A stretch of 64,000 nucleotides of DNA, taken from positions 2,700 through 66,699 of the forward strand of contig CAZJUK010000001.1 in assembly GCA_964549145.1 (NCBI GenBank), read 5' to 3'. Every line of letters starts with the position of its first letter. Within the stretch, counting starts at the first letter, position 1. The notes beneath the pieces were generated by a model that had not been told where the DNA came from, did no database searches, and was given only the letters and a program-made list of their open reading frames with translations. This DNA is from an uncultured Methylophilaceae bacterium (GTDB lineage: Bacteria; Pseudomonadota; Gammaproteobacteria; Burkholderiales; Methylophilaceae). Positions 31,780-42,053 of this stretch are shown in pieces. A program made the position numbers and the translations under genes.

Positions 31780-31816
31780 ATATATAACTTAATTGTTTTT
31801 ATAAAGGGGTGTTGCC

Positions 31817-34402
31817 ATGCGTTTTGATAAACTTACAACCAAATTTCAACAAGCACTGGCTGATGCACAAAGTCTTGCATTAGGTGCCGATCATTCAACC
31901 ATAGAGCCTCAACATTTATTATTAGCTTTACTCAATCAGGAGGACAGTAGTGCTTCGGCACTGCTTATGCGAGCAGGCGTACAAGTTAACGCACTTAAGT
32001 TCGCATTAAATAATGCGATCGAAAACCTACCTAAAGCGCAAGAAGCTAGCGGTGAAATTGCGATTTCTCGTGATCTAAATAACCTGCTTAATATCACCGA
32101 TAAACTCGCCCAAAAACGTAACGATACTTACATTGCCAGCGAGATGTTTTTGTTAGCATTGGCTGATAACAAAGGTGAGGTAGGGAAGCTATTGAAGAAA
32201 AATGGCTTAGTCAAAAATGCACTTGAAGCGGCAATTATGGCAGTTCGTGGTAATGAGAGTGTAGATAATCAAGAAGCGGAAGGTCAGCGTGAGGCGCTAA
32301 AAAAATACACATTAGACTTAACTGAACGTGCAAGCATGGGCAAGCTAGACCCTGTGATTGGGCGTGATGATGAAATTCGTCGAGCGATTCAAGTGCTATT
32401 ACGCCGTACTAAAAATAACCCAGTACTTATTGGTGAGCCAGGTGTTGGTAAAACTGCCATTGTTGAAGGATTAGCGCAGCGCATTGTCAATGGTGAAGTG
32501 CCTGATAGTTTACGTAATAAAAAAGTACTGTCACTCGATATGGCAGCTTTGTTGGCAGGTGCTAAATACCGTGGCGAATTTGAAGAGCGCTTAAAGGCAG
32601 TGCTTAAAGAGATTGCGCAGGATGAAGGCCAAACCATCGTCTTTATTGATGAAATGCATACCATGGTAGGCGCTGGAAAAAGCGAAGGTGCAATGGATGC
32701 AGGTAATATGCTAAAACCAGCATTAGCACGAGGTGAGTTGCATTGCGTTGGTGCGACTACCTTAGATGAGTATCGTAAATATATTGAAAAAGATGCTGCG
32801 CTTGAGCGGCGATTCCAAAAAGTACTGGTTGATGAGCCAAGTGTGGAGGCGACGGTAGCTATTTTGCGAGGATTAAAAGAAAAGTATGAATTGCATCATG
32901 GTGTAGAAATTACTGACCCTGCAATTGTAGCGGCGGCTGAGTTATCGCATCGCTATATCACTGATCGTTTCTTACCAGATAAAGCGATTGATTTGATTGA
33001 TGAGGCAGCTAGCCGAATTAAGATGGAAATTGACTCCAAACCAGAAGTGATGGATAAATTAGCACGACGGCTAATTCAATTAAAAATTGAACGTGAAGCA
33101 GTACGTCGAGAAAAAGATGAAGGTAGTAAAAAACGCTTTAGCCTCATTGAAGAAGAAATTAACCAGTTAGAAAAAGAATACGCCGATTTAGAAGAAATTT
33201 GGAAAGCTGAAAAAGCTCAGGTGCAAGGTTCTGCGCATATTAAAGAAGCCATTGAAAAAATAAAGTTTGAGATGGAAGAAGCGACACGTAAAGGCGAATG
33301 GCAAAAAGTCTCTGAGTTGCAATATGGTGAACTTCCGGAACTAGAAGCACAATTAAAACATGCCGCAAGCTCAGAAAATGAACGGGTTGACGTTAAATAT
33401 AGAATGCTACGTACAGAAGTTGGTGCGGAAGAGATTGCAGAAGTCCTCAGCAGAGCAACAGGTATTCCTGTCAATAAGATGTTAACAGGTGAACGCGATA
33501 AGCTATTAGCGATGGAAGATAAATTACATGAACGCGTTGTTGGGCAAGATGAAGCAGTACGATTAGTGTCTGATGCCATTCGTCGCTCTCGCTCTGGTTT
33601 AAGTGACCCCAATAGGCCCTATGGTAGTTTCTTATTTTTAGGCCCAACAGGTGTCGGTAAAACAGAGTTATGTAAATCTTTAGCTAACTTTTTGTTTGAT
33701 TCAGAAGACCATTTGATTCGTATCGACATGAGTGAGTTTATGGAAAAGCACTCTGTCTCGCGCATGATTGGTGCGCCTCCTGGCTATGTTGGTTATGAAG
33801 AAGGTGGCACTTTAACTGAGGCTGTTCGCCGTAAGCCTTACTCTGTTATTTTGCTAGATGAAGTAGAAAAAGCGCATCCTGACGTGTTTAATGTGCTGCT
33901 GCAAGTTTTGGACGAAGGGCGGTTAACTGATGGACAAGGACGTACGGTAGATTTTAAAAACACAGTGATTATTATGACAAGCAACCTCGGTAGTCAGATG
34001 ATTCAAAGTATGTCTGATCAAGATTATCAAGTAGTCAAGCTAGCCGTAATGGGTGAAGTTAAATCACACTTTAGGCCAGAATTCGTCAACCGTATTGATG
34101 AGGTTGTCGTTTTCCATTCGCTAGGTGAGGAAAATGTGCGAAAAATTGCCAATATTCAATTAGAATATTTATCACAGCGTTTAAATGCGATGGAGATGCA
34201 GTTGACGATCACAGAGGCGGCAGTAGCAGAAATTGCTAGTGCTGGGTTTGATCCTGTGTATGGTGCAAGACCCCTAAAACGTGCGATTCAAAGTGAAATA
34301 GAAAACCCATTAGCGCGTGAAATTTTAGCAGGAAACTTTATTGCAGAAGATACTATTACCATTGATATGAAGGCGGGTAAAATGGTTTTTAGTAAAATCT
34401 AA
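31817..34402 (+). CDS. clpB: ATP-dependent disaggregase ClpB
   Basis: 861 aa. Clp N-domain, two AAA+ modules (Walker A GEPGVGKT and GPTGVGKT) and a long coiled-coil middle domain. RBS AAGGGG. Confidence 0.97.
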   Translation: MRFDKLTTKFQQALADAQSLALGADHSTIEPQHLLLALLNQEDSSASALLMRAGVQVNALKFALNNAIENLPKAQEASGEIAISRDLNNLLNITDKLAQKRNDTYIASEMFLLALADNKGEVGKLLKKNGLVKNALEAAIMAVRGNESVDNQEAEGQREALKKYTLDLTERASMGKLDPVIGRDDEIRRAIQVLLRRTKNNPVLIGEPGVGKTAIVEGLAQRIVNGEVPDSLRNKKVLSLDMAALLAGAKYRGEFEERLKAVLKEIAQDEGQTIVFIDEMHTMVGAGKSEGAMDAGNMLKPALARGELHCVGATTLDEYRKYIEKDAALERRFQKVLVDEPSVEATVAILRGLKEKYELHHGVEITDPAIVAAAELSHRYITDRFLPDKAIDLIDEAASRIKMEIDSKPEVMDKLARRLIQLKIEREAVRREKDEGSKKRFSLIEEEINQLEKEYADLEEIWKAEKAQVQGSAHIKEAIEKIKFEMEEATRKGEWQKVSELQYGELPELEAQLKHAASSENERVDVKYRMLRTEVGAEEIAEVLSRATGIPVNKMLTGERDKLLAMEDKLHERVVGQDEAVRLVSDAIRRSRSGLSDPNRPYGSFLFLGPTGVGKTELCKSLANFLFDSEDHLIRIDMSEFMEKHSVSRMIGAPPGYVGYEEGGTLTEAVRRKPYSVILLDEVEKAHPDVFNVLLQVLDEGRLTDGQGRTVDFKNTVIIMTSNLGSQMIQSMSDQDYQVVKLAVMGEVKSHFRPEFVNRIDEVVVFHSLGEENVRKIANIQLEYLSQRLNAMEMQLTITEAAVAEIASAGFDPVYGARPLKRAIQSEIENPLAREILAGNFIAEDTITIDMKAGKMVFSKI

Positions 34403-34425
34403 GTAGTAATTAACTAGAAGAAAGT

Positions 34426-35358
34426 ATGGCAAGCTGGCAGCGTTATATTATTGGTATTTGTCTAGCTGTTTTTAGCATGACTAGCTTTGCCATGGTTCAG
34501 ACACAAATGGAGGTTTTTGATAACGAGCCACCGTTTGTTAAAGATTTATTAGTGCGTGCTAGCCAGTTAGATACTGGTCAGAATAATATAGAAACAGCTT
34601 GGCAAGCAGCTGATTTATATTGTGAAGCATCGCGTTATGGTAGTGCAGAGGCTATGTATCGGCTAGGTATGTTGTATGCCTTTGGCAATGGTGTCGAAAA
34701 AAGTCGAAATTTTGCTGCTAATTTGTTTGGTCTAGCAGCGACACTTGGACATTTTGAAGGCCAAAAAATGCTTGAGACTATTGAAATACGAACTATAGAT
34801 ACGCCACCGTGCGTATTGTCTGCGGTCAAGCCAAAGCGCGCGCTAGATTTGTACTATGGTCAATATAATGGTGCTCCTGCTATTGATCGATATATCGCTA
34901 AGCTACCTGAGAATAAACTCTGGGTGGTAAATTTGGTTGATACGATTGCTGATTGGTATAAAGTAGATAAGAAGTTGGTGTTATCGATTATTGCTGCAGA
35001 ATCGAATTTTAAAGTGTCCGCCATGTCCAACAAAAATGCACATGGATTAATGCAGTTAATTCCAGTGACGGCTGAGCGCTTCAATGTAAAAAATGCTTAT
35101 AACGCTAGCCAAAATATTAAAGGTGGTGTCACCTATTTGCGTTGGTTATTGTCTTACTTTAGAGGTGATGTGGTGTTGGCAGTCGCTGCCTATAATGCAG
35201 GTGAAGGTACCGTAGATAGATATAAAGGTGTCCCGCCGTATAAGGAAACTAAAGCTTACGTAAAAAAGGTGCTCAGTTTGTATCAATTAAAGCGTCATCA
35301 TTTCGATGAAAGTATCGCGCGTGCTTCACCCATTGTTAAGAAAGTGAGATTGCAATGA
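34426..35358 (+). CDS. secreted Sel1-repeat / lytic transglycosylase (SLT domain) protein
   Basis: Signal peptide. Sel1-like repeats (GSAEAMYRLGMLYAFGNGVEKS...). SLT catalytic region IIAAESNFKVSAMSNKNAHGLMQLIP...AAYNAGEG. Confidence 0.85.
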   Translation: MASWQRYIIGICLAVFSMTSFAMVQTQMEVFDNEPPFVKDLLVRASQLDTGQNNIETAWQAADLYCEASRYGSAEAMYRLGMLYAFGNGVEKSRNFAANLFGLAATLGHFEGQKMLETIEIRTIDTPPCVLSAVKPKRALDLYYGQYNGAPAIDRYIAKLPENKLWVVNLVDTIADWYKVDKKLVLSIIAAESNFKVSAMSNKNAHGLMQLIPVTAERFNVKNAYNASQNIKGGVTYLRWLLSYFRGDVVLAVAAYNAGEGTVDRYKGVPPYKETKAYVKKVLSLYQLKRHHFDESIARASPIVKKVRLQ

Positions 35359-35876
35359 AACTCAATTTATTATTGGCAGTATTCATAACATTATTTTTAC
35401 TAAGTGGCTGTGCTAGTACAGGTAAGAATCAAAGCCAACAAGGTCAAGTGAAGCGTATAACGCCAGAAGAACTTGAGAAATTATTGCCGCCACCAATAGC
35501 TACCTTTACCTTAGAAGAAATTATTTTTGATTCGAAGCAAGGGAAAAGTGTCGATGAAGTTATCGACAAGATTAAAACGAGTGAATCACGTTATGATTTA
35601 GATACGGCAGAAGTTTTGGATTTAAGCAAGCAAGGGGTAGATGTAAATGTGCTTGATTACATACAACAAGCTAATGAGCTGGCAAACCAGAATGCCATTG
35701 CTGAGCAAATGAATAAAGTAGCAAAAGAAAAGGAAAATGCGCTTCGACAGCTAAGGCATGAGCGTTTGTTTTCACGCGATCGCTTTTATAATCCATTTTG
35801 GTATTCTAGGTTTGGTTTATATAGTGGTCATCCTTTTGGCTATCGTTATCACCCAGGGTCACGTTTTGGTTGGTAA
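35355..35876 (+). CDS. lipoprotein of unknown function
   Basis: Lipobox LLSGC. 173 aa. Aromatic/Gly-rich C-terminus (YNPFWYSRFGLYSGHPFGYRYHPGSRFGW). ATG overlaps the stop of the SLT gene (ATGA). Confidence 0.65.
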   Translation: MKLNLLLAVFITLFLLSGCASTGKNQSQQGQVKRITPEELEKLLPPPIATFTLEEIIFDSKQGKSVDEVIDKIKTSESRYDLDTAEVLDLSKQGVDVNVLDYIQQANELANQNAIAEQMNKVAKEKENALRQLRHERLFSRDRFYNPFWYSRFGLYSGHPFGYRYHPGSRFGW

Positions 35877-35983
35877 GTCAGCAATACTCATTTTTAATGA
35901 ATATTTATTTGAGAGTATCTACCTGTCTATTAAGATTAGATCTAAACTATTAACATTCAATTCTTAACAGGCAATACACGTTT

Positions 35984-36403
35984 ATGCAGCAATTTACTCA
36001 AACTATTGAAGTTAATACGCAAAGTCGTAAGTTGTACGACATTACGCCGCAAGTCATTAGCTGGGCTAATGACCAAGGTCTGAGTACAGGCTTGCTGACG
36101 CTGTATATTCAACATACTTCTGCCAGTTTATTAATTAACGAAAATTATGACAGTGATGTGCTGGTAGATTTGCAGTCTTTTTTTAATCGATTGGTACCGG
36201 ATGGTGATTCACTTTTTATTCATACGGCAGAAGGCCCTGATGATATGCCTGCGCATGTGCGTACTGCATTAACCCAGACTAGCTTAGCTATCCCAGTAAT
36301 GGACGGAAAAGTAGCGCTCGGTCAATGGCAGGGTTTGTTTTTGTTTGAACATAGGCATATGTCAGCCTCGCGTCAGATTATTATGCATTTGATCGGCGAA
36401 TAA
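35984..36403 (+). CDS. yjbQ: YjbQ family (UPF0047) secondary thiamine-phosphate synthase enzyme
   Basis: 139 aa. Motifs HTSASLLINEN and PAHVRTAL...GQWQGLFLFEHR are typical of YjbQ. Confidence 0.88.
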   Translation: MQQFTQTIEVNTQSRKLYDITPQVISWANDQGLSTGLLTLYIQHTSASLLINENYDSDVLVDLQSFFNRLVPDGDSLFIHTAEGPDDMPAHVRTALTQTSLAIPVMDGKVALGQWQGLFLFEHRHMSASRQIIMHLIGE

Positions 36404-36413
36404 CTTTTCTGCT

Positions 36414-36665
36414 ATGGTTGTTCATGAGCGTATACTCACTTCAAAAGAAAAAGAAATATATCAGCCATATTTTGCACATACTGTTATAGAGCAAGCACGC
36501 GTTATTAATGGCCGTGTTCCTTTTTGGCTGAGTAAAAAAATGTGCACTGTGGTGCTGGGGCGCCGCATTTATTTTCGTAAAAATTATTATCAGTCAAATA
36601 TCGTGCATGGTATCGAGTTGCTTGGTCATGAGCTTATGCACGTTTCACAATTTATGCACACATGA
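36414..36665 (+). CDS. DUF4157-like zincin fragment (HExxH), possibly the 5' part of a frameshifted gene
   Basis: 83 aa ending ...LLGHELMHVSQFMHT*. A 47-codon ORF (36662-36805, MSYLKYLWSCRKGYECSQYEVDAHAIG...) continues in another frame. Confidence 0.55.
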   Translation: MVVHERILTSKEKEIYQPYFAHTVIEQARVINGRVPFWLSKKMCTVVLGRRIYFRKNYYQSNIVHGIELLGHELMHVSQFMHT

Positions 36666-36896
36666 GTTATTTGAAATACCTGTGGTCATGTCGAAAGGGC
36701 TATGAATGCAGTCAATATGAAGTAGATGCTCACGCGATAGGGCGACTAATTGCGACAGAATATCAAAAAAATAACAACATTTTACAAACTTTAATGTTTA
36801 TTTAACGGTATAGCTATGCTTATCGTTGTCAAGTAACGTTAGTTTTGCTATGGTTAAGGTACTAAATTCTTGTTTAGTTTATGGAGAGGATAAAAA

Positions 36897-37166
36897 ATGA
36901 CAAATAAATTGAAATTCCTAGTTCCAGCTTTATTGGCTGGTTTTATTATGGTTGGTTGTGGTCAGCAAGCTGAGGATGGTATGCCAGCTGCCGAAGAGAC
37001 AATGAATGATATGGCAGGTACAGCTTCAGATGCAGCAGAAGCAGTTGAAGAAGCTGCATCAGACATGGCTGATGCAACATCAGACATGGCTGAGTCAGTG
37101 ACTAATGAGCCAGGTGGTTATGTGCCAGCTGATGATGAATTAGTTCCTGGTGAAACTAGACCGTAA
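36897..37166 (+). CDS. small acidic, Met/Asp/Ala-rich lipoprotein
   Basis: Lipobox IMVGC, RBS GGAGAGG, 89 aa of low-complexity acidic sequence with repeated SDMA(D/E) units. Followed by a strong terminator. Confidence 0.65.
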   Translation: MTNKLKFLVPALLAGFIMVGCGQQAEDGMPAAEETMNDMAGTASDAAEAVEEAASDMADATSDMAESVTNEPGGYVPADDELVPGETRP

Positions 37167-37196
37167 TACTATAAAACCTAGTTTCTAGTTAGCAAG

Positions 37197-37229
37197 TCAA
37201 AAAAGTGCACTTTATAGTGCGCTTTTTTT
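37197..37229. terminator. bidirectional Rho-independent terminator (lipoprotein gene / envC)
   Basis: A-run, then AGTGCACT-TTAT-AGTGCGCT (8-bp stem, one G-U pair), then T7. Lies between convergent genes. Confidence 0.8.
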
Positions 37230-37284
37230 ATGAGGTGTTTTTATTTTTCATGAGCTAGGTATGATTACACTGAACTCTAAAGTT

Positions 37285-38511
37285 CTACCGAATAGTGCTC
37301 CATTTGAGTGGGTCAAATGGAATGCTTTTTCGCCTTAATTCATAATACAAGCCATTGCTTGGGTTGCCTCCTGTATTGCCAACTGTTGCAATAGTGTCGC
37401 CACCTTTAACTTCTTGTCCTACATCTTTTAATATTGATTGATTATTGCCGTATAAGCTCATGTAGCTACTGCCGTGATCAACAATAATTAAGTTACCAAA
37501 ACCTCGCATCCACTCAGCAAAGACTATACGGCCACTTGCAACAGACTTTACATTCTCACCTTCTTTGGCACGAATAAACAAACCTTTCCAAGGAATGCCA
37601 CTATCCAGTCGCGCTTTTCCAAAGCGATTCATTAACTCCCCACGGACAGGCAATTTGAGTTTTCCCTTTAATGAAGAAAAACGCACGCCAGCAAAGCTGT
37701 TATCAGGCGTTGTATTATTTTTGGCGACGATTTTAGGATTCTTTTTAGTGTTTTTCTTGGGTGGTCTTCTTTTTCTTTGTTTACTTAGTTCAGCTAGTTT
37801 TTTTACTAAACTAGAAAGTTGCTTTTCATCACGCTTTAATTTTTTAATCTGACCACGTTGTTTGGTAATTTGCTTAGATAGCTTTTTAAGCACAGATGCT
37901 TTTTCTTGTTTTTGTTTGGCTAATTTTTTTTGTTCAGCTTCTTGTTTGAGCGCTAAATTGCTTACTTCTTTTAATGCGCTTGTGGTTTTAAGGTTTATAG
38001 ATTTTATTTGATTTAAGTTTTTTTGCATATCACTAATGAGTATAGTGTGTGCTGTAGCAATATAAGATTGGTACTTTAAATCTCGGGAAATCTGATTAGG
38101 ACTTTTGTTTTGTAATAGTAATTGTGTATAACTCTGATTGCCTAGCGCATATCGTTGATATAGTAGTTTACTTAATTGCTTTTGCTGTATTTCTATTTTC
38201 CCTTTTACTGATACTGATTCTTTTTTAAGTTCTGTGAGTTTGCTTTTCTTTTCTTTTTCTTTCTCTTTGATATTACGTAGTTTTTTATTGGCAACACTAA
38301 TGGCCGTTTCAGATGCCTTCAAGGCATCTGTCACATCATTATGTTTAGTTTCTTTACTATGTAACTCTTTTTTTATCGCTTTTATTTTTGCTTTAATGCC
38401 ACTTAAATCTTTTTTTGCGTTATCGACTTTTTTCTCCGCATTGCTTAAGCCTGAATGCAGCCCAATGCTAATAAAAAACAGTATTAAAAAAAGATGTGAT
38501 AATTTGCGCAT
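37285..38511 (-). CDS. envC: murein hydrolase activator EnvC-like protein (coiled coil plus degenerate M23/LytM domain)
   Basis: Signal peptide, ~250 aa Lys/Glu-rich coiled coil and a C-terminal LytM fold (GNLIIVDHGSSYMSLYGNNQS...) that lacks the second catalytic His motif, as in EnvC. Downstream of gpmI. Confidence 0.85.
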   Translation of the reverse strand: MRKLSHLFLILFFISIGLHSGLSNAEKKVDNAKKDLSGIKAKIKAIKKELHSKETKHNDVTDALKASETAISVANKKLRNIKEKEKEKKSKLTELKKESVSVKGKIEIQQKQLSKLLYQRYALGNQSYTQLLLQNKSPNQISRDLKYQSYIATAHTILISDMQKNLNQIKSINLKTTSALKEVSNLALKQEAEQKKLAKQKQEKASVLKKLSKQITKQRGQIKKLKRDEKQLSSLVKKLAELSKQRKRRPPKKNTKKNPKIVAKNNTTPDNSFAGVRFSSLKGKLKLPVRGELMNRFGKARLDSGIPWKGLFIRAKEGENVKSVASGRIVFAEWMRGFGNLIIVDHGSSYMSLYGNNQSILKDVGQEVKGGDTIATVGNTGGNPSNGLYYELRRKSIPFDPLKWSTIR

Positions 38512-38520
38512 TAAAGAAAT

Positions 38521-40065
38521 TTAGTCAGTAAACTTAACTAAATTACGACCTGTCATTTCACTTGGTTGTGGTAACCCCATCAAATGTAATAGAGTTGGTG
38601 CAAGGTCGGATAGCGCACCCTTGTCTGATAACACTGCTTTACGGCCAATATAAATCATCGGCACTAGGTTGGTCGTGTGTTGTGTATGTGGTTGATTATG
38701 TTTGTAGTCTTGCATCAGTTCAGCATTGCCATGATCAGCCGTAATAATCACTTCTGCACCTGCTTTTTGCGCCGCTTCGACCACTTTTTCTACGCATGTG
38801 TCCAATGTTTCCACCGCTATAATAGCTGCGTCTAAGACGCCGGAATGGCCAACCATGTCACAGTTCGCATAATTACAAATAATTGCATCATATTTTTTTG
38901 CACTAATGGCTTCAACTAAGTTTTTTGTCACTTCAAATGCGCTCATTTCTGGTTTTAAATCATAAGTCGCAACATCAGGTGAAGGGACTAAAATACGGTC
39001 TTCCCCTTTGAACACTGTTTCTTCCCCACCATTAAAAAAGAATGTCACATGCGGATACTTCTCAGTCTCTGCAATACGTAGTTGTGTTAATTCTAAGCTT
39101 TCTAAATACTCACCAAAGGTGTTTTCTACACTAAAAGGCGCAAATACAGGGGTCGCTTTTTTCTGATTTTTATCATATTGAGTGAGTGTTAAATAATTGG
39201 AAAGTGCTGGCACACGGTCACGTTTAAATCCAGAAAAATTATCATTTAGCAGCGCGTCCGTTAATTGTCGTGCGCGATCACTACGGAAATTCATGAAAAA
39301 AATTGTATCACCATCTTCTAATAATAAGGGTGCTTCGTCTGGCTTGCGTATGGCTGTACACTGAACAAACTCATCATTTTCCTTGCGTTTATAAGCGCTA
39401 TGAAGCCCTTCGCTCGTTGTTGGTTCGGTAAACATGCCTATACCATCTACAATCATTTTGTAAGCTGGCGCAACACGGTCCCAGCGATTATCCCTATCCA
39501 TACCGTAAAAGCGACCACTAATGCTGGCAATTTTACCTATATTAAGTGCTTTAATTTTATCTTCCAACCCAGTAAGGTAAGGTGCTGCACTAATCGGTGG
39601 CGTATCACGACCATCTAAAAACGCATGTATATAGATTTTACTTAAGCCTTGTTGCGCAGCCATTTCTAGCATGGCATAAATATGTTCTTGATGACTATGT
39701 ACGCCACCATCTGATAACAGTCCCAGTATATGCAAGGCTTTGTTGTTTGCTTTGAGCGTTTGAAGCGTTTTAATAAGCGTTGGGTCTTTAAAAAATTCAC
39801 CTGTTGAAACGCTGTTGTTAATACGTTCGAAATCTTGAAAAACGACACGGCCAGCGCCAATATTAAGATGACCAACTTCTGAGTTGCCCATTTGACCATC
39901 AGGCAATCCAACATAATGCTCTGAAGCATTGATATGCGTATAGGCAAAATTTCGCTTAAACCAGTCTAGGTTTGGTGTGTTTGCTAAAGCAATGGCATTA
40001 TCTTTGGATTCTTCTCGATTTCCAAATCCATCTAGAATTAATAAAACTACAGGCGTTACTGACAT
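38521..40065 (-). CDS. gpmI: 2,3-bisphosphoglycerate-independent phosphoglycerate mutase
   Basis: 514 aa with iPGM motifs (LLILDGFG..., GNSEVGHLNIGAGR..., ITADHGNAE). Confidence 0.96.
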   Translation of the reverse strand: MSVTPVVLLILDGFGNREESKDNAIALANTPNLDWFKRNFAYTHINASEHYVGLPDGQMGNSEVGHLNIGAGRVVFQDFERINNSVSTGEFFKDPTLIKTLQTLKANNKALHILGLLSDGGVHSHQEHIYAMLEMAAQQGLSKIYIHAFLDGRDTPPISAAPYLTGLEDKIKALNIGKIASISGRFYGMDRDNRWDRVAPAYKMIVDGIGMFTEPTTSEGLHSAYKRKENDEFVQCTAIRKPDEAPLLLEDGDTIFFMNFRSDRARQLTDALLNDNFSGFKRDRVPALSNYLTLTQYDKNQKKATPVFAPFSVENTFGEYLESLELTQLRIAETEKYPHVTFFFNGGEETVFKGEDRILVPSPDVATYDLKPEMSAFEVTKNLVEAISAKKYDAIICNYANCDMVGHSGVLDAAIIAVETLDTCVEKVVEAAQKAGAEVIITADHGNAELMQDYKHNQPHTQHTTNLVPMIYIGRKAVLSDKGALSDLAPTLLHLMGLPQPSEMTGRNLVKFTD

Positions 40066-40210
40066 GTTAAAAACTTTTATTGATTGAAGTAGTTACATTA
40101 TAATGGTTGGGCATTCAAAAAACATATAAAACAACAAAAACCAACCTTTACAGCTATTGAATATTTATCAAATGGCTACATCTATTAGTAATAAATAAAA
40201 AAGGAATATT

Positions 40211-40624
40211 TTGGAATTTATAAGCGAAAACGCGATTTATATTGGTTTGCTACTAGGATCAGGCCTTGCTTTGCTATGGCCGTTACTCAATGGCAATGCA
40301 AGTGGTGTAGTTAATTTGTCACCATCTGAGGCTGTGTTACTTATGAACCGGGGTAAGGTGCTAGTGTTAGATGTGCGTGATGAAGCCGAGTTTTCTAATG
40401 GACATATCCAAGGTGCTAGGCATGTGCCATTGGCCGAATTAGCAACACGTATTAAAGAAATTGAAAAATTTAAAGAAAAACCAGTCTTAGTGCATTGCCA
40501 GCGCGGTATGCGCGCTAAAAGTGCTTGTAGTATTTTACGAGGGCTGGAGTTTAGTCAATTAAGTAATCTACAAGGTGGTTTGGATAACTGGGTAGCTGCA
40601 AAAATGCCTTTGGTCAAAAGTTAA
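40211..40624 (+). CDS. membrane-anchored rhodanese-domain sulfurtransferase
   Basis: TTG start preceded by AAGGA. One N-terminal TM helix. Active-site loop HCQRGMRA (CxxGxR). Confidence 0.85.
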   Translation: MEFISENAIYIGLLLGSGLALLWPLLNGNASGVVNLSPSEAVLLMNRGKVLVLDVRDEAEFSNGHIQGARHVPLAELATRIKEIEKFKEKPVLVHCQRGMRAKSACSILRGLEFSQLSNLQGGLDNWVAAKMPLVKS

Positions 40625-40626
40625 AT

Positions 40627-40905
40627 ATGGAGAACAGTGTGACTAAAAATATTGTAATGTATACCAGTGCCACCTGCCCGTTTTGTATGAATGCAGAACG
40701 TCTACTTGTAAGTAAAGGTGTTTCTGAGATTAATAAAATCCATGTTGATTTGCACCCAGAGTTGCGTGCCGAAATGATGGAAAGAACTGGCCGACGCACT
40801 GTGCCACAAATTTATATTAACGAACGGTACGTTGGTGGCTTTGATGATCTACATGCTTTGGACGTTAAGGGTGAGCTTGATTCACTATTAGCATCTGGTG
40901 GCTAG
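40627..40905 (+). CDS. grxC: glutaredoxin 3
   Basis: CPFC active site with TVPQIYI and GGFDDL motifs. 92 aa. Confidence 0.93.
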   Translation: MENSVTKNIVMYTSATCPFCMNAERLLVSKGVSEINKIHVDLHPELRAEMMERTGRRTVPQIYINERYVGGFDDLHALDVKGELDSLLASGG

Positions 40906-41067
40906 GGGTTCATTCATAAAAAGTTTGAATTAGATGATTAATTGTTGATATCACGTTAAAATGTTGTTCCAAATAAATCGCTTGCTAAGCATTTCAATCG
41001 TTTAGACATGACTAATAACAATACATTATTACCCCAACAATTTAAATAAGAGAGATTAGGAAAAAAA

Positions 41068-41565
41068 ATGGCTCAAGATAAAAAAGCTGCTTCAGCAGAG
41101 GCAGCGTCCCCATCAGCACCAGAAGAGGCACAGCAAGCTGGCTTTGCAATAGAAAAACTATACATTAAAGATGCTTCAATTGAGGTGCCTAATGCACCAC
41201 AAATCTTCACAGAGCGCACGGCGCCACAAGTGAACGTTGAGCTAGCTAATAATGCTAAGAAATTAGACGATGGTGTGTTTGATGTTGCAATTAAAGTGAC
41301 CGTCACTGCTAAAATTGATGAAAATACAGCATTTTTGGTTGAAGTCGTACAGGCAGGTATCTTTGGTGTACGTAACATCCCAGAAGAGAATCTTGAAGTT
41401 ATTCTCGCCATTACATGTCCTAATATTTTGTTCCCATATGCAAGAGAAGCTATTTCAGACATGGTGACGCGCGCAGGCTTTATGCCAGTGCTACTTAATC
41501 CAATTAATTTTGAAGCGCTATATCAACAGCAGAAGCAAGCTGAAGCTTCAGGCGAGCCTAACTAA
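41068..41565 (+). CDS. secB: protein-export chaperone SecB
   Basis: 165 aa. [19 protein letters not shown]... and [17 protein letters not shown]... are typical SecB segments. Confidence 0.95.
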   Translation: MAQDKKAASAEAASPSAPEEAQQAGFAIEKLYIKDASIEVPNAPQIFTERTAPQVNVELANNAKKLDDGVFDVAIKVTVTAKIDENTAFLVEVVQAGIFGVRNIPEENLEVILAITCPNILFPYAREAISDMVTRAGFMPVLLNPINFEALYQQQKQAEASGEPN

Positions 41566-41585
41566 TTATTTGTTATTATTGCGAT

Positions 41586-42053
41586 ATGTTGCAAATACTT
41601 AAGACTTTATCAAACCCAAGTGCAGTCTTGCTATGCTTGGGTTTGTGTTTTTCTCAACTTTCACACGCTATTGAGTTTCGTTCAATTGTGCCTATCAAAG
41701 CAGTCACTTTAGATGCGCCATCTGTCGAAGCAAGGAAAGTTTATATCCTCAATCAAGGTAACCCTGTGGAAATCATTGTGGATTTGGGTGGTTGGTTAAA
41801 AGTACGTGATCAACAAGGCGGTTTAAGTTGGTTGCAAAGCAAAGACTTGAGTACAAAACGTACCGTATTACTTTTAGTTGAGGCAGAGTTAAAAGCATTG
41901 CCAAACAATAGTTCTGCATTGGTTGCATCAGTTGAAAAAGATGTAGTACTGGAGTTGCTGTCGCCAGCGATAAATAATGGCTGGATTAGAGTAAAGCATC
42001 ACGATGGCGTTTCTGGGTATATTCAAAGCACTCAAGTTTGGGGTGTTCGTTGA
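41586..42053 (+). CDS. secreted bacterial SH3-domain protein
   Basis: Signal peptide plus two SH3b-like segments (GGWLKVRDQQGGLSWL and NGWIRVKHHDGVSGYI). Lies between secB and gpsA. Confidence 0.7.
   Translation: MLQILKTLSNPSAVLLCLGLCFSQLSHAIEFRSIVPIKAVTLDAPSVEARKVYILNQGNPVEIIVDLGGWLKVRDQQGGLSWLQSKDLSTKRTVLLLVEAELKALPNNSSALVASVEKDVVLELLSPAINNGWIRVKHHDGVSGYIQSTQVWGVR

Noticed and set aside
35877-35983. TPP-riboswitch-like fragments (TGAGA ... ACCTG) upstream of the thiamine-related yjbQ gene.
   Set aside because: Only two short fragments match. The conserved GGGG/GC-rich P1-P2 stems and the GCCAGCG-type pyrophosphate-sensing helix are absent, and the region is too AT-rich to fold into the aptamer.
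41073-41462. 129-aa reverse-strand ORF inside secB. Similar long antisense ORFs occur inside obgE (14886-15284), proB (15889-16332), clpB (33217-33612), bioC (47589-47915), lptD (62285-62701) and the L,D-transpeptidase gene (316-618).
   Set aside because: Each lies fully within a well-supported conserved gene on the opposite strand. They have Ser/Ala/Cys-rich low-complexity composition typical of shadow frames, and no RBS or recognisable motifs.
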